Below are positions 1 through 10,743 of a stretch of 64,000 nucleotides of DNA, one piece after another (position 1 is the stretch's first letter; every line of letters starts with the position of its first letter). The translations under genes were made by a program, and so were the position numbers. Location of the stretch: the NCBI GenBank assembly GCA_963775425.1, contig CAVZJB010000018.1:64001-128000 (forward strand), read 5' to 3'. This stretch comes from an uncultured delta proteobacterium (GTDB lineage: Bacteria > Myxococcota > UBA727 > VGSZ01). A model generated the notes under the pieces. The model saw only the letters and a program-made list of their open reading frames with translations, made no database searches and was not told the origin of the DNA.

Positions 1-146
1 GTCACCGACGCCAGCTCGCGCTCGACGGCGTGGGGATCGACCTCGAAGACGGTGGCGGCGACCACGATGTCCTCTAGCATGCCGGCGGGGCGCGATCACG
101 CACGACGACGTGCCCGCGCGCGGGCGCGCCGCTACACTCGAGCCCC

Positions 147-611
147 GTGAGGCTCCTGTTCGTCTGCCTCGGCAACATCTGCCGCTCGCCCACCGCCGAG
201 GGCGTGGTGCGCAAGCTCGCCGCCGACGCCGGCCTCGACGTCGAGGTCGACTCCTGCGGCACCGCCGGCTACCACGTCGGCGAGGCGCCCGACGCGCGCA
301 CCATCGCGCACGCGCGGCGCCGCGGCTACGACCTCTCGCGGCTGCGCGCGCGCCAGATGACCGCCGGCGACTTCACGGCGTTCGATCGCATCTACGCGAT
401 GGACCACGACAACCTCCGCCGGCTGCGCGGGCTCGCGCCCGACGGGCACGCGCACAAGCTCTCGCTGTTCCTCGACGTCCCCGGCGCCCCCGGCGGCGCC
501 GTCCCCGACCCGTGGGCAGGCGGGCCCGAGGGCTTCGAGCAGGTGCTCGACCTGTGCGAAGCCGGCGCGCGCGCCCTGCTCGCCTCCCTGGCGGGCCCCG
601 GCCCTGGCTGA
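147..611 (+). CDS. Low-molecular-weight protein-tyrosine phosphatase
   Basis: FVCLGNICRS P-loop and VPDPW general-acid motif; 154 aa. Confidence 0.93.
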   Translation: MRLLFVCLGNICRSPTAEGVVRKLAADAGLDVEVDSCGTAGYHVGEAPDARTIAHARRRGYDLSRLRARQMTAGDFTAFDRIYAMDHDNLRRLRGLAPDGHAHKLSLFLDVPGAPGGAVPDPWAGGPEGFEQVLDLCEAGARALLASLAGPGPG

Positions 612-614
612 GCC

Positions 615-1586
615 GTGTACCCGCCGCTCGCCCTGCCCCCTGCCCCGCCCCTCGACGACGATGACGCCGCGCGCGCGTTGCGCCACGCGCTCGACGCCGA
701 CAACCCCGAGGCCGAGCGCGTCGGCGCCGTCCACGCCTTGCGCGGCGCGCCCAATCCCTTCGCCGCCGGCCGCGCCCTCGCCGGCACGCTGAACGAGCCG
801 CTGTTGTGGCTCGGCAGCGAGGTGCTCGCGTGCCTCGACCCGCGCATCGCTGTCGGCGTCGACGGGCGCGGGCGCATCACCGCCAGCCCGCGGCCCTTCG
901 ACGAGCTCGAGAGCGACGGCGACGGCGAGCGCTTCTGCGCCAATCTCGGCGTGCGCGTCGTCCCCGTCCGGCACGCCCCCCGGCTCGCCGCCGGGCTCCC
1001 GGAGGCGCCGGCGTGGCTCACCGCGCCGCCGCACGGCATGGCGTTCCTCGTCGTCCACCGGGGCGCGCGCGCGCCGTCGTCCGTCGCCGTCGTCGGCCCG
1101 GCCGGCACCGCGGTCGTCGCGGGGCGCCATCGCGACGTCGAGGTCGTCATCCAGAGCTCCGACGTGGCCCGCCGTCACGCGCGCTTCGTCGTCAACGGCG
1201 GAAGGCTCATCGTCGCGGACCTCGGGTCGACCAACGGCACGCAGGTGAACGAGCGGCGCATCCGCGCGCCGGAGGTGTTGCGCGCCGGCGACGTCGTCGC
1301 GCCCGGCGCCGGACACACCTTCATCGTCGTCGACACGGTCGTCGGCGTCGACGAGCGCGGGGCGCGGCGGCACGCCAGGCTTCGTGACGGCGCGGGGCCG
1401 CTGCCGTTCCCGCGCGGGGCCGTCGACCCGCTCGGCGATCGCCACGTCGTCCACCTCGGCGAGGGCCGCTGCGGCGTGGTGCGCTACAATCCGCCGGCGG
1501 CCGTGGAGCTCCCCGCCCCCGGCGGCGAGGCGCTCGGTGTGCGCGTCGTCGACGACGGCCGCAGCGTCGACGTCGGCCTCCGCTAG
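615..1586 (+). CDS. FHA-domain protein
   Basis: GR...VARRHARF...DLGSTNGT FHA signature in the C-terminal half. Confidence 0.75.
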   Translation: MYPPLALPPAPPLDDDDAARALRHALDADNPEAERVGAVHALRGAPNPFAAGRALAGTLNEPLLWLGSEVLACLDPRIAVGVDGRGRITASPRPFDELESDGDGERFCANLGVRVVPVRHAPRLAAGLPEAPAWLTAPPHGMAFLVVHRGARAPSSVAVVGPAGTAVVAGRHRDVEVVIQSSDVARRHARFVVNGGRLIVADLGSTNGTQVNERRIRAPEVLRAGDVVAPGAGHTFIVVDTVVGVDERGARRHARLRDGAGPLPFPRGAVDPLGDRHVVHLGEGRCGVVRYNPPAAVELPAPGGEALGVRVVDDGRSVDVGLR

Positions 1587-1644
1587 GCGCGGCGGAGACG
1601 TCACGCTTGGCACGGGCGGCCTCAGCTTGTAAGTCCAAGGGACC

Positions 1645-3501
1645 GTGGCCTCCCTCCCGCCCTTCCTCGACGCGCTCGCGCAAGGCCCCCTGGTCTTCGA
1701 CGGGGCCATGGGCACGCAGCTGTACGACCGGGGCGGCGCGCTCAACAAGTGCTTCGACGAGATGTGCGTGTCGGCGCCGCACGTGGTGGCGGCGGTGCAC
1801 CGCGACTACGTCGACGTCGGCGCCGACGTCGTCCAGACCAACACCTACGGCGCCAACCGCTTCGCCCTCGGGCCCCACGGGCTGAGCGAGCGCGTCGCCG
1901 AGATCTGCTCGTCGGCGGTGCGCGTGGCGCGCGAGACGGTCCGCGATCGGGCCTGGATCGCCGGCTCCATCGGCCCCACGGGGCTGTTGCCCAAGGACCT
2001 CATCCGCAACAAGACGCGCCGCCTCGCGTTCGACGCGCTCCGGGAGCAGGCGCAGGCCCTCGCCGACGGCGGCTGCAATCTGTTGTCGTTCGAGACCTTC
2101 GGCTACCTCGGCGAGCTCGAGATCGCGGTGGAGGCCGCGTACGGCGTCGAGGTGCCCATCGTCGCCCAGTGCACCTTCGGCGAGGACCTGCTCACCACCG
2201 ACGGCGCGTCCCCCGAGGAGGTGGTGGAGCGCCTGGTGGCCCTCGGCGTCGACGTCGTCGGCGCCAATTGCTCGCTCGGACCCGAGCGCATGCTCGCGGT
2301 GGCCGAGCAGATGGTGGGCCGCGGGCTCCCCGTGATCTTGCGGCCGAACGCCGGCTACCCGCGCGTCGTCGACGGGCGCTCCATCTACCTGAGCTCGCCC
2401 GAGACCTACGGCGTGTGCGCGCGGCGCGCGTTCAAGCTCGGCGTGGCCGCCGTGGGCGGCTGCTGCGGCACGGGGCCCGACCACATCCGCCGCGTGGTGG
2501 CGTCGGCGCGCATGCTCGGCGGCGGGCGCTTCCGGCGGCCCACCGTGCAGGCGCGCACCGGCGAGGGGCCCGCGCTGGCCGACAGGGCGGGGCAGGCGCC
2601 GGTGCCGCTCGTCGAGCGCAGCGCGTTCGGCAAGAAGATCGCCGAGGGCAAGTTCGTGGTCTCGGTCGAGGTGTCGCCGCCCGCGGGGCTCGATCCGGCG
2701 CGCGCGCTCGAGCGCATCAAGCTGCTCGAAGACGGCGGCGTCGACGTCGTCAACATCCCCGACGGCCCGCGCGCCACGGTGCGCATGTCCAACCAGGCGA
2801 TGGCCCGCTGCGTGCGCGACCGCTTTTCGAAGATCGAGCCGCTCTTGCACGTGTGCGGCCGCGACCGGAACCTGCTCGGGCTGCAGGCGGACCTCATCGG
2901 CGCCCACGTCCACGGCATCAAGAACCTCGTCGTCATCACCGGCAATCCGCCCAAGGTCGGCGACTACCCCGACGCCACCGCCGTGTTCGACCTCGACAGC
3001 ATCGGCATCCTCGGCCTCGCCAACGGCTTGAACCGCGGCCTCGACCCGGCGGGCAAGCCCATGGGAGAGCGCACCCGCTTCGTGCTCGCCACCGGGGCGG
3101 AGCCGGCGGCGCTCGACTTCGACCGTGAGATCAAGCGGCTGCACGAAAAGCGCGACGCCGGCGCCGAGCTCGTGCTCACGCAGCCGGTGTTCGACCCGAG
3201 CACGCTCGAGCGCTTCCTCGACGCCACGCGCGACCTCGGCCTGCCCATCGTCCTCGGTGTGTTGCCGCTCGCGTCCAGCAGGAACGCCGAGTTCCTGCAC
3301 GAGAACGTCCCGGGCATGCGCATCCCCGACGAGGTCCGCGCGCGCATGAAGAGCGCGGGCGAGGGCAAGGCGGCGGCGCAGGAGGGCGTGAAGATCGCCG
3401 CCGAGGCCCTCGGCGCCTTCAAGAAGCGCGTGCAGGGCGCGTACTTCATGCCGCCCTTCGGCCGCGTCGAGCTCGCCCTCGAGGTCCTCGCCCGCATCTG
3501 A
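1645..3501 (+). CDS. Bifunctional homocysteine S-methyltransferase / 5,10-methylenetetrahydrofolate reductase (YitJ-like)
   Basis: DGAMGT, GANC and GGCCGTGPDHI in the N-half; MTHFR-like C-half (RDRNLLGLQADL, TQPVFD). Confidence 0.92.
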   Translation: MASLPPFLDALAQGPLVFDGAMGTQLYDRGGALNKCFDEMCVSAPHVVAAVHRDYVDVGADVVQTNTYGANRFALGPHGLSERVAEICSSAVRVARETVRDRAWIAGSIGPTGLLPKDLIRNKTRRLAFDALREQAQALADGGCNLLSFETFGYLGELEIAVEAAYGVEVPIVAQCTFGEDLLTTDGASPEEVVERLVALGVDVVGANCSLGPERMLAVAEQMVGRGLPVILRPNAGYPRVVDGRSIYLSSPETYGVCARRAFKLGVAAVGGCCGTGPDHIRRVVASARMLGGGRFRRPTVQARTGEGPALADRAGQAPVPLVERSAFGKKIAEGKFVVSVEVSPPAGLDPARALERIKLLEDGGVDVVNIPDGPRATVRMSNQAMARCVRDRFSKIEPLLHVCGRDRNLLGLQADLIGAHVHGIKNLVVITGNPPKVGDYPDATAVFDLDSIGILGLANGLNRGLDPAGKPMGERTRFVLATGAEPAALDFDREIKRLHEKRDAGAELVLTQPVFDPSTLERFLDATRDLGLPIVLGVLPLASSRNAEFLHENVPGMRIPDEVRARMKSAGEGKAAAQEGVKIAAEALGAFKKRVQGAYFMPPFGRVELALEVLARI

Positions 3502-3602
3502 GCGCAGTCAAGTGTGACGGCAACCGTCTCCGCCAGCGGGCCGATGCCCGGGCGCGGTCCCTCCGAGGAAGGGCTGATGATCGAGGGGCGCATGCGCTGC
3601 GC

Positions 3603-4952
3603 ATGCTGCGCCGCATGGACAAGCGCGCCCCCTCCCTCCGCTCCCCGATCGCTCGCTGCCTGCCGGCCATCGCCGTCGCCGTCGTGGGGCTCGCGCCCGC
3701 GTGCGTGAACGAGGTCGACGACGGCGCCGACGGCTTCGAGCCCATCGACCTGCGCGACAACGTCGAGCTGCAGGGCCTGGTGGACTGCACCGAGCGCGGC
3801 GACACCGGCTACACGCACGGCAGCTCCTTCGCCATCGACGTCGTCACCGTCGACGGCCGCCCGGTGGAGGTGGCCACGGCCAACGCGTACGTCGCCATGC
3901 AGCGCGCGGCCGCCGACGACGGCATCTCGCTGCGGATCGTCAGCGGCTTCCGCACCATGGCGGAGCAGCAGCACCTCTACTCCTGCTACGTGAACTGCAG
4001 TTGCAACTCGTGCAACCTCGCGGCGCGCCCGGGCTACAGCAACCACCAAAGCGGCCACGCGCTCGACCTCAACGCGAGCGACTCCGGCGTGTCGTCGTGG
4101 CTGTCGCACAACGCGAGCCGCTTCGGCTTCTCGCGCACGGTCCCGTCCGAGAGCTGGCACTACGAGTGGTGGGGGAACGCCGCGGACTTCGCCGGCCCCT
4201 GCGGCGTCGCCGTGGACAACGGCGGCGACGTCGCCGCGGACACCTGCGCGCCCCTCGACGCCGGCGGCGGCACCATCGACGACGGCGACAACTGCTTCGA
4301 GCCCGGCGGCCCCTCGCAGTACCTGCGCGCGGTGAACGTCGGCAACGACGGCGACCTGCTGTGGACGGGCACCACCAATCACGCGAGCGCCGTGAGCTTC
4401 GCGGTGTGGCACCTCGACCTCGCCGAAGCGGGGCAGTACCGCGTGGAGGCGTTCGTGCAGGGGAGCGTGGCGACGTCGACGCAGACGAAGTACGTGGTGG
4501 CCCACGCGGGCTCGACGTCGTCGGTGGTGGTGGACCAGACGGGCGCCGATCGCTGGGTGGACCTCGGCACCTTCGACTTCGACGCCGGCGGCGCGCAGCG
4601 CGTGCGCGTCGATGACAACACCGGCGAGGCGGGCAGCAGCCACAAGAAGATCGTCTTCGACGCCGTTCGCCTCACGCGCATCGACGGCCAGAGCGTGGAC
4701 CCGAGCCCGCCTCCGGCGGACCCCTGCCCGTACGTCGAGGTCACCACCAACGGCGGTTCCTTGAACGTGCGGCGCGACCCGAACACGCAGCAGGCCGCCG
4801 TCGGCTCCCTCGACGACGGCGTCACCGTGCGCGCGCTGGCGACGGTGAGCGGGCAGAGCGTCGGGGGGAACACCGACTGGCACCGCATCCAGACCGCGAG
4901 CCTCACCGGCTACATCTCGGGCGCGTTCGCCACCTGCCGCGACGCCCCCTAG
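3603..4952 (+). CDS. Secreted M15B/VanY-type D,D-peptidase with a beta-sandwich (golvesin-like) module and a C-terminal SH3b-like domain
   Basis: SGFRT..EQ, SNHQSGHALD and ESWH motifs; lipoprotein-like signal ending LAPAC; LNVRRDP..G SH3b-like start. Confidence 0.8.
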   Translation: MLRRMDKRAPSLRSPIARCLPAIAVAVVGLAPACVNEVDDGADGFEPIDLRDNVELQGLVDCTERGDTGYTHGSSFAIDVVTVDGRPVEVATANAYVAMQRAAADDGISLRIVSGFRTMAEQQHLYSCYVNCSCNSCNLAARPGYSNHQSGHALDLNASDSGVSSWLSHNASRFGFSRTVPSESWHYEWWGNAADFAGPCGVAVDNGGDVAADTCAPLDAGGGTIDDGDNCFEPGGPSQYLRAVNVGNDGDLLWTGTTNHASAVSFAVWHLDLAEAGQYRVEAFVQGSVATSTQTKYVVAHAGSTSSVVVDQTGADRWVDLGTFDFDAGGAQRVRVDDNTGEAGSSHKKIVFDAVRLTRIDGQSVDPSPPPADPCPYVEVTTNGGSLNVRRDPNTQQAAVGSLDDGVTVRALATVSGQSVGGNTDWHRIQTASLTGYISGAFATCRDAP

Positions 4953-5027
4953 CGTTTCCGCTCGCCGTTCCCCTGCGACGCGCGCCCAACGCGCGCGGCT
5001 CAGGCAGCGCGGTGCTATAGGGCGCGC

Positions 5028-6071
5028 GTGGCCCCCTGGAACGCCTCCGCACGCTTCCCCCGCACCTTCACCGGGCTCGCCGACCTCGCGCGGCTGCCCT
5101 GGTTCGAGGTGCGCGACGGCCGGCTCGTCGTCGTCGACCCGTCGGTCGCGCGCGCCGTCGACATGCACACGCACCTGGCGCTCAGCTACATCCGCCCGCC
5201 CGTCGTCGACCTCACGGCGCGGCACGCGCAAGTGGAGCACTACCTGCCCGCGGACGCGCCGCTCGACTTCGACGTCTACGTGAACCGCAACTTCCGCCCC
5301 GACGACCTGCGCAAGATGAGCCGCGACCTCACCCTCGGCTCGGTGACGAGCGGCGGCATGCGGCGCACGCACACGGTGCCGAACCTGGTGCGTGAGATGG
5401 GCGAGCTGTCCATCACGCGCTCGGTGTTGCTGCCCATCGAGTGGCCGCAGCCGCTCTCGGAGAACACACGCAGCTTCGTCCGCGCCGTGAACGACTGCCG
5501 CGCCGGCGACAGCATGATCTGCTTCGGCTCCATCCACCCCTATACGCCGCGGATGCGCGCGCAGCTCGACGAGCAGGTGCGCCTCGGCGTGCGCGGCATC
5601 AAGGTCCACCCCGCGGTGCAGCTCGTCCGGCCCGACGACCGCCGCGCCATGAAGCTCTACCGGCTCTGCGCCGAGCGCGGGCTGCCCGTGCTCTGGCACT
5701 GCGGCCCCGTCGACATCGAGCCGCGCCTCGGCCGCTACCTGTCCCAGGTGCGCCACTACGAGCGCGCCGTCGCCGAGTCCCCGCAGACCACCTTCGTGCT
5801 CGGCCACTCGGGCGCGCTGCAGATGGACCGGGCCGTCGAGATCGCCCGGCGCTACCCGAACGTGTGGATGGAGCTGTCGAGCCAGTCGGCGCCGAACATC
5901 GACAAGCTCCTCGAGCAGCTCGGCGAGGACCGCCTGCTGTTCGGCTCGGACTGGCCCTTCTATCACCAGGCGATCCCGCTCGCGAAGGTGCTGATGGTCA
6001 CCGACGGCCACGCCGCCGCCCGCGACAAGCTGCTGTTCGGCAACGCCGCTCGCCTGCTGCGCCTCGCGTGA
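5028..6071 (+). CDS. Amidohydrolase_2-family metal-dependent hydrolase
   Basis: DMHTH, GIKVHP, HCG, LGHSG and LFGSDWP motifs. Confidence 0.85.
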   Translation: MAPWNASARFPRTFTGLADLARLPWFEVRDGRLVVVDPSVARAVDMHTHLALSYIRPPVVDLTARHAQVEHYLPADAPLDFDVYVNRNFRPDDLRKMSRDLTLGSVTSGGMRRTHTVPNLVREMGELSITRSVLLPIEWPQPLSENTRSFVRAVNDCRAGDSMICFGSIHPYTPRMRAQLDEQVRLGVRGIKVHPAVQLVRPDDRRAMKLYRLCAERGLPVLWHCGPVDIEPRLGRYLSQVRHYERAVAESPQTTFVLGHSGALQMDRAVEIARRYPNVWMELSSQSAPNIDKLLEQLGEDRLLFGSDWPFYHQAIPLAKVLMVTDGHAAARDKLLFGNAARLLRLA

Positions 6072-6105
6072 AGCGCGCTCCGGGCCGGGCAGCGGCGACG
6101 GCGCC

Positions 6106-6429
6106 TCAACAATCACACGGCGCGCAGCGCACGGTGACGTCGATGGACCGGGACCGCAGCTCCTCCTCGAGCGCCGCGGCCTCGGCGTCGCACTCCGCCG
6201 GCGGCCGCAGCCGTTCGCACGTGAAGCTCTGGCCGGATCCGCGGCCGCAGGCGCGACCGTCGTCGTCGACGGACGCGGCGGCGGCGGCGACGTCACGCCC
6301 GCTCACCTCGAGCACGGGGCAGGGGCACTCGATCGCCGGCGCTCCGCCGCAGGCGAGGGGAGCGCACGGCACGATCACCGCGCCGATGACGAAGGCCACG
6401 AGGACGGTCGCGCGCACGATTGCATTCAC
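6106..6429 (-). CDS. Small Cys-rich exported protein / lipoprotein
   Basis: GTG start at 6429, hydrophobic signal, LAC lipobox-like, several Cys; only the 3' part of the listed ORF is plausible. Confidence 0.45.
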   Translation of the reverse strand: MNAIVRATVLVAFVIGAVIVPCAPLACGGAPAIECPCPVLEVSGRDVAAAAASVDDDGRACGRGSGQSFTCERLRPPAECDAEAAALEEELRSRSIDVTVRCAPCDC

Positions 6430-6525
6430 CTTCGATTCCAAGGGTACCCCGGTGTGGGCGGGCAAAGGGGCGGGGCAAAAACTCTTGCGCTCCCCGTGAC
6501 GGCGGCGCGCTCGTAGCGTGCCCGC

Positions 6526-9500
6526 ATGAAGCAACACCGCACGACGCAACGCCGCACGAAGCAACACAGCACCACGCCGCACACGCGCAGCTCGCGCGCG
6601 CCGTGCGCGCGCCTCGCGCCCGAAGGCTCGCGGGCCCCCCGCACCGCCCGCGCCGGCGTCGCCGCCGTCCTGTCGCTCCTGGTCGTCGGCGCCGCCGCGT
6701 GCCGCGACCAGCGCAGCTCGCCGGGCGGGGCGCGGCTCGGCGACGACGACGTGCTCGCCGGCCGCGCGCTCACCGCCGCCGAGGTGGAGCGCGGGTTCTA
6801 TACGTCGAGCGACGCGGAGCTCACGCCGTTCGCCACGCACCTCGCGACCACCATCGGCGGCTCGCTGCAGCTCTACGGCAACCTCACGGCGTCGGGCGCC
6901 GGAGAGATGCTCGACTACAACGCCGTCACGGGCACCTGGTTTCACCCGACGGGCACGACGTTCTCCTTCCCCGTGTCGCAGCTTCGGGACGAGTACGTGG
7001 CGCTCTGCTCCGATCCTCTCCTGGGCGGCCAGTTCCCGAAGTACGGGCCCGCGGAGGACCCGTGCAACTTCCTCCACGTCAGCCAGATCATCAACGACGT
7101 CATCGACGACGTCACCGTGACCTTGCGCGCGGCCGAGGCGACCGCGCGCTGGGTGTCGCCGAGCCGCCGCCTCTCGTGCCAGGAGCGGCAGTACAACGAG
7201 ACGGACTCACCCGGGACGTGCACCGGCGGCTGCAGCCCCGGGTTCCGCTGCGACGACGCCACCGACACGTGCGTGTACGGCAACCAGCCCGTTACCTGCG
7301 CCGCCGACGCCGACTGCCCCGGCGGCGTCACCTGCGACGTCGGCGCGGGCGTGTGCGCCTTCTGCGCGGCGGACAGCGACTGCAACACCTCCCTCACGGC
7401 GGCGGGCGGCGTCTGCGACGGCGCGCGCGGCATCTGCACGCAGACCGTGTGGGACGACTGCTTCGGCGACGCCGACGAAGACGCGCCGGTCATCGAGGTG
7501 CGCATCCCCACAGACGTGAACGTCGACCCCGACGACGGCTTCAGCACCCTCGTCGCCACCGTGCTCGTGCACCACCTCGACCTCATCGTGCGCGTGCAGG
7601 TCCAGGCCTGCCGCGAGGGGCACGGCTGTCCCCGCGACGCCCGCACCATCTTCGAGGGCTACCGGGGCGCCGGCGGCGACGTCGGCTTCAGCGACGCCAA
7701 CATGCACGTCACGGCGGTGACCACCGCCGAGAACATCGAGATCGAGGTCATCCCCGGCCTCGGCATGAGCGCGAGCTGCGCCGGCGGCGACTACGCGGGC
7801 TGCGCCGGCCTCGACGCGCTCCTGCGCTCGGAGCTGACCGGCGGCGTCACCAGGATCGTGCGGCGCCTCGGCAGCGCGTTCGACTACCTGCTGAGCGCGC
7901 CGCCGCTGCCGACGACGCAGTTGACGCGCGCGCAGCTCGACACGTTCATCGACGCGAACCCGATGGGCGGCTTGATCAACGCGCGCGTGCGCGACCAGGT
8001 CGCCGCCCACGCGCGCTTGCCCGTGGCGGGCATCGTCGTGCGCCTGCCGGACGGCTCCGTCGGGCCCCTCGGCGGCGCCGACGGCGCGTGGACCAACCGC
8101 ACCGTCGACGCGCTGGTGAACGGCGCGTCCGTCGTCGGCGCGTCGCTCGACATGCGCGCCTTCGCCGGCGTGTGCGGCGGCGGCTACACGGCCTCGTGCC
8201 GCGACGCGGCGACCCCGGACGCGCGCTGCGTGGTGTGCGACACATGCACGACCTTCGCCGGCCTGGATCCGACGGTGGACTCGATCTGCGCGTTCGGCGT
8301 CTCCACGCTCACGAGCAGCGACCCGTCGACCGCGAGCTACTTCACGATCCCGCCGTCGCCCGCGCTCGGGTCGCTCCTGGCCGGGACGCCCAACATCGCC
8401 GTGGAGCTGCGCCGCGTGTTCTCGCGACCGCTCGACGACTTCGCGCGGCGCACCGGCAGCGCGCCGAAGCTCGTCGACGCCGCGTTCTGCGCCGAGCCGA
8501 GCGGACCGCAGGCGGACGCGTGTCTGCCCGGGGTCACCACGCCCGCGCTGTTCCGCATCCTCGCGGACGCCGACCGCGACGGAGTCCCCGATCACCTCGA
8601 CAACTGCCCCGGCGTCGACAACCCCAATCAGGCGGACAGCGACGGTGACGGGCTCGGCGACGCGTGCGACGGCTGCCCCGGCGTGGCCTCGTCCTCCAAC
8701 GCGGACAGCGACGGCGACGGCACGCCCGACGCCTGCGACTGCGACGCCGACGGAGACAGTTGCAGAAACCCCGTCATCGACGTCGACGGCGTCGAGCGCT
8801 GCGTCGCCGGCGGCCTGTTCGGCGCGTGGGACGAGCACCCGCACACGCCGAGCTGCGATCCCGACTGGGTGCCGCCGCCCGAAGCCGGGCCCGGCCCGGT
8901 CTGCCGGCCGCTCGACACCGACGGCGACGGCGCGCCCGACGACTGCGATCCAGACGACGACAACGACGGCGTCCTCGACGGCGACGACAACTGCCGCCTC
9001 GTGGCGAACCCCGGTCAGCAGGACGAAAACGGCAACGGCATCGGCGACGCGTGCGACCCCATCTGCGTCGGCGCGGGCCTGCCAATCTGCAGCGGCTCCC
9101 CGAGCGTCGTCGGCATCGAGCCCATCGAGACCATCCCGGAGCTCGAGCGGTTCTTCGGTCACGTCCCCGGCTGGCTGCCGACGCCGTGGTGCATCGCCGA
9201 CGGCCCCGGCTGCGGCATCTGGTGGAGCTTCTTCGACGGCGACCTCGTCGCGCACGCCGGCGACGGCTTCGCCGGGCGCATCAGCGCGAAAGCGCTCGGC
9301 CTCGACGAGCTCGGGCTCGACGGCTTCGGCGCGAACGCGCTCTCGGCGCCGCCGACGGCGCTCCTGCCCGACATCGACGGTGACGGCGTCGGCGAGCTCG
9401 CGATCGGCGCGCCGGACGCGCTCGGCGGGCGCGGCGCGCTGCTCGTCATCGGGAGCGCGGCGCACGCGCCGCTGCTGACGCTCTCGGGCACGGGCGACGC

Positions 9501-10645
9501 AGAATCGCTACGGCGCGGCGCTCGCGCTCGTCGGCTCGCTCTTGCACGTCGGCGCCCCTGGCGCGCGCGACGCGCTCGGCAAGGCGACCGGCGCGGTGTT
9601 CCAGCTCGACGTGACGTCGATGACGAGCACCGACGCGTTCTTCGGTGACGAGGACGGCGACGGCTTCGGCGCGTCCATCGTGCCGATCAGCGGCGCGGCG
9701 GGAGATCCCAACGGGCAGCAGGGGCCGTCGCCGTTCGAGCTCGTCGTCGGCGCGCCGGGCCACGGGCGCGCGTACGGCATGGACATCCACGGCATCCGCA
9801 CGACGACGTTCGACGGCGCCGGCGCCGTCGGCTTCGGGAGCGTCATCGCCGACGCGCGCGCGTTTTTCCCCGGCGGTGTGCTCATCGGTGCGCCGGACGT
9901 CATGAACGGAGACGGCGCGGTCGGGCTGTACGACGCCAACGGCGCGGCGAAGTGGATCCTCTACGGCGAGCCCGGCGCGCGCCTCGGCGCGTCGCTGGTG
10001 GGACCCGTCGACTACAACGGGCTCGGCGTCGCGACGGCGATGGTGGGCGCCCCCGGCGAAAAGAACGGCGGCGGGGTCGTGTTCGCGCTCGACGCCGCCG
10101 GCGAGCGGGCGCAGGTCGCGCACGGCGGCGCCGGCGCGGAGCTCGGCGCGGCGCTCGCGAGCCCCGGCGACGTCACGGGCGACGGGCGCCCCGACCTGCT
10201 CGTCGGCGCGCGGGGCCTGCTGCAGGGCGGCGCGTTGCTCGTGTTCCCGGGCGCGTCGTTGAAGGCGCCGCCGACGGCGGGCTCCTGCATGGACTCGTGC
10301 GGCGGCATCGGTGACACGTACACCTGCTGGTGCGACCCGATCTGCGAGAAGTACGGCGACTGCTGCGCCGACCGCGACGAATTCTGTCCCGGCGGCAAGT
10401 ACCCCGCGGCGACGTGCGACGGATCCTGCGGCGGCGCGTCGCCGCAGGGCTGTTGGTGCGACGACCTGTGCAAGAAGTACGGCGATTGCTGCGCCGACTA
10501 CCTCGGCTTCTGCGAGGCGCCGCACTGCTCGATCGTCACCGGGAGCTGCGACGTGACGCTCGAAAACGGCTGGGACTCCTGCGCCTGCGACGCCGACTGC
10601 GCGCAGCGCGGCGACTGCTGCGACGACGCAGGGAGCTGCGGGTAG
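6526..10645 (+). pseudogene. Large secreted Cys-rich adhesin-like protein (thrombospondin type-3 repeats, FG-GAP repeats, C-terminal somatomedin-B-like repeats), split by a frameshift near 9495-9505
   Basis: DxDxDGxxDxxDNCP repeats; GDVTGDGRPDLLVGA; CWCD..C..YGDCC repeats; ORFs 6526-9648 and 9542-10645 join through NRYGAALALVGSLLHVGAP in the shifted frame. Confidence 0.75.
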
Positions 10646-10743
10646 GGCCCCGGCGGCGCCGCCGCCCCTCGGGGCGGCGCCGCCCTCCGGCCGGGGCGCT
10701 CCCGGTTGCGAACGGCCGGCGCTGATCGGTATGTCGACGGGCC

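Noticed and set aside
1-80. Possible 5' end of a minus-strand gene (MLEDIVVAATVFEVDP...)
   Set aside because: Only 26 codons are visible; cannot assign
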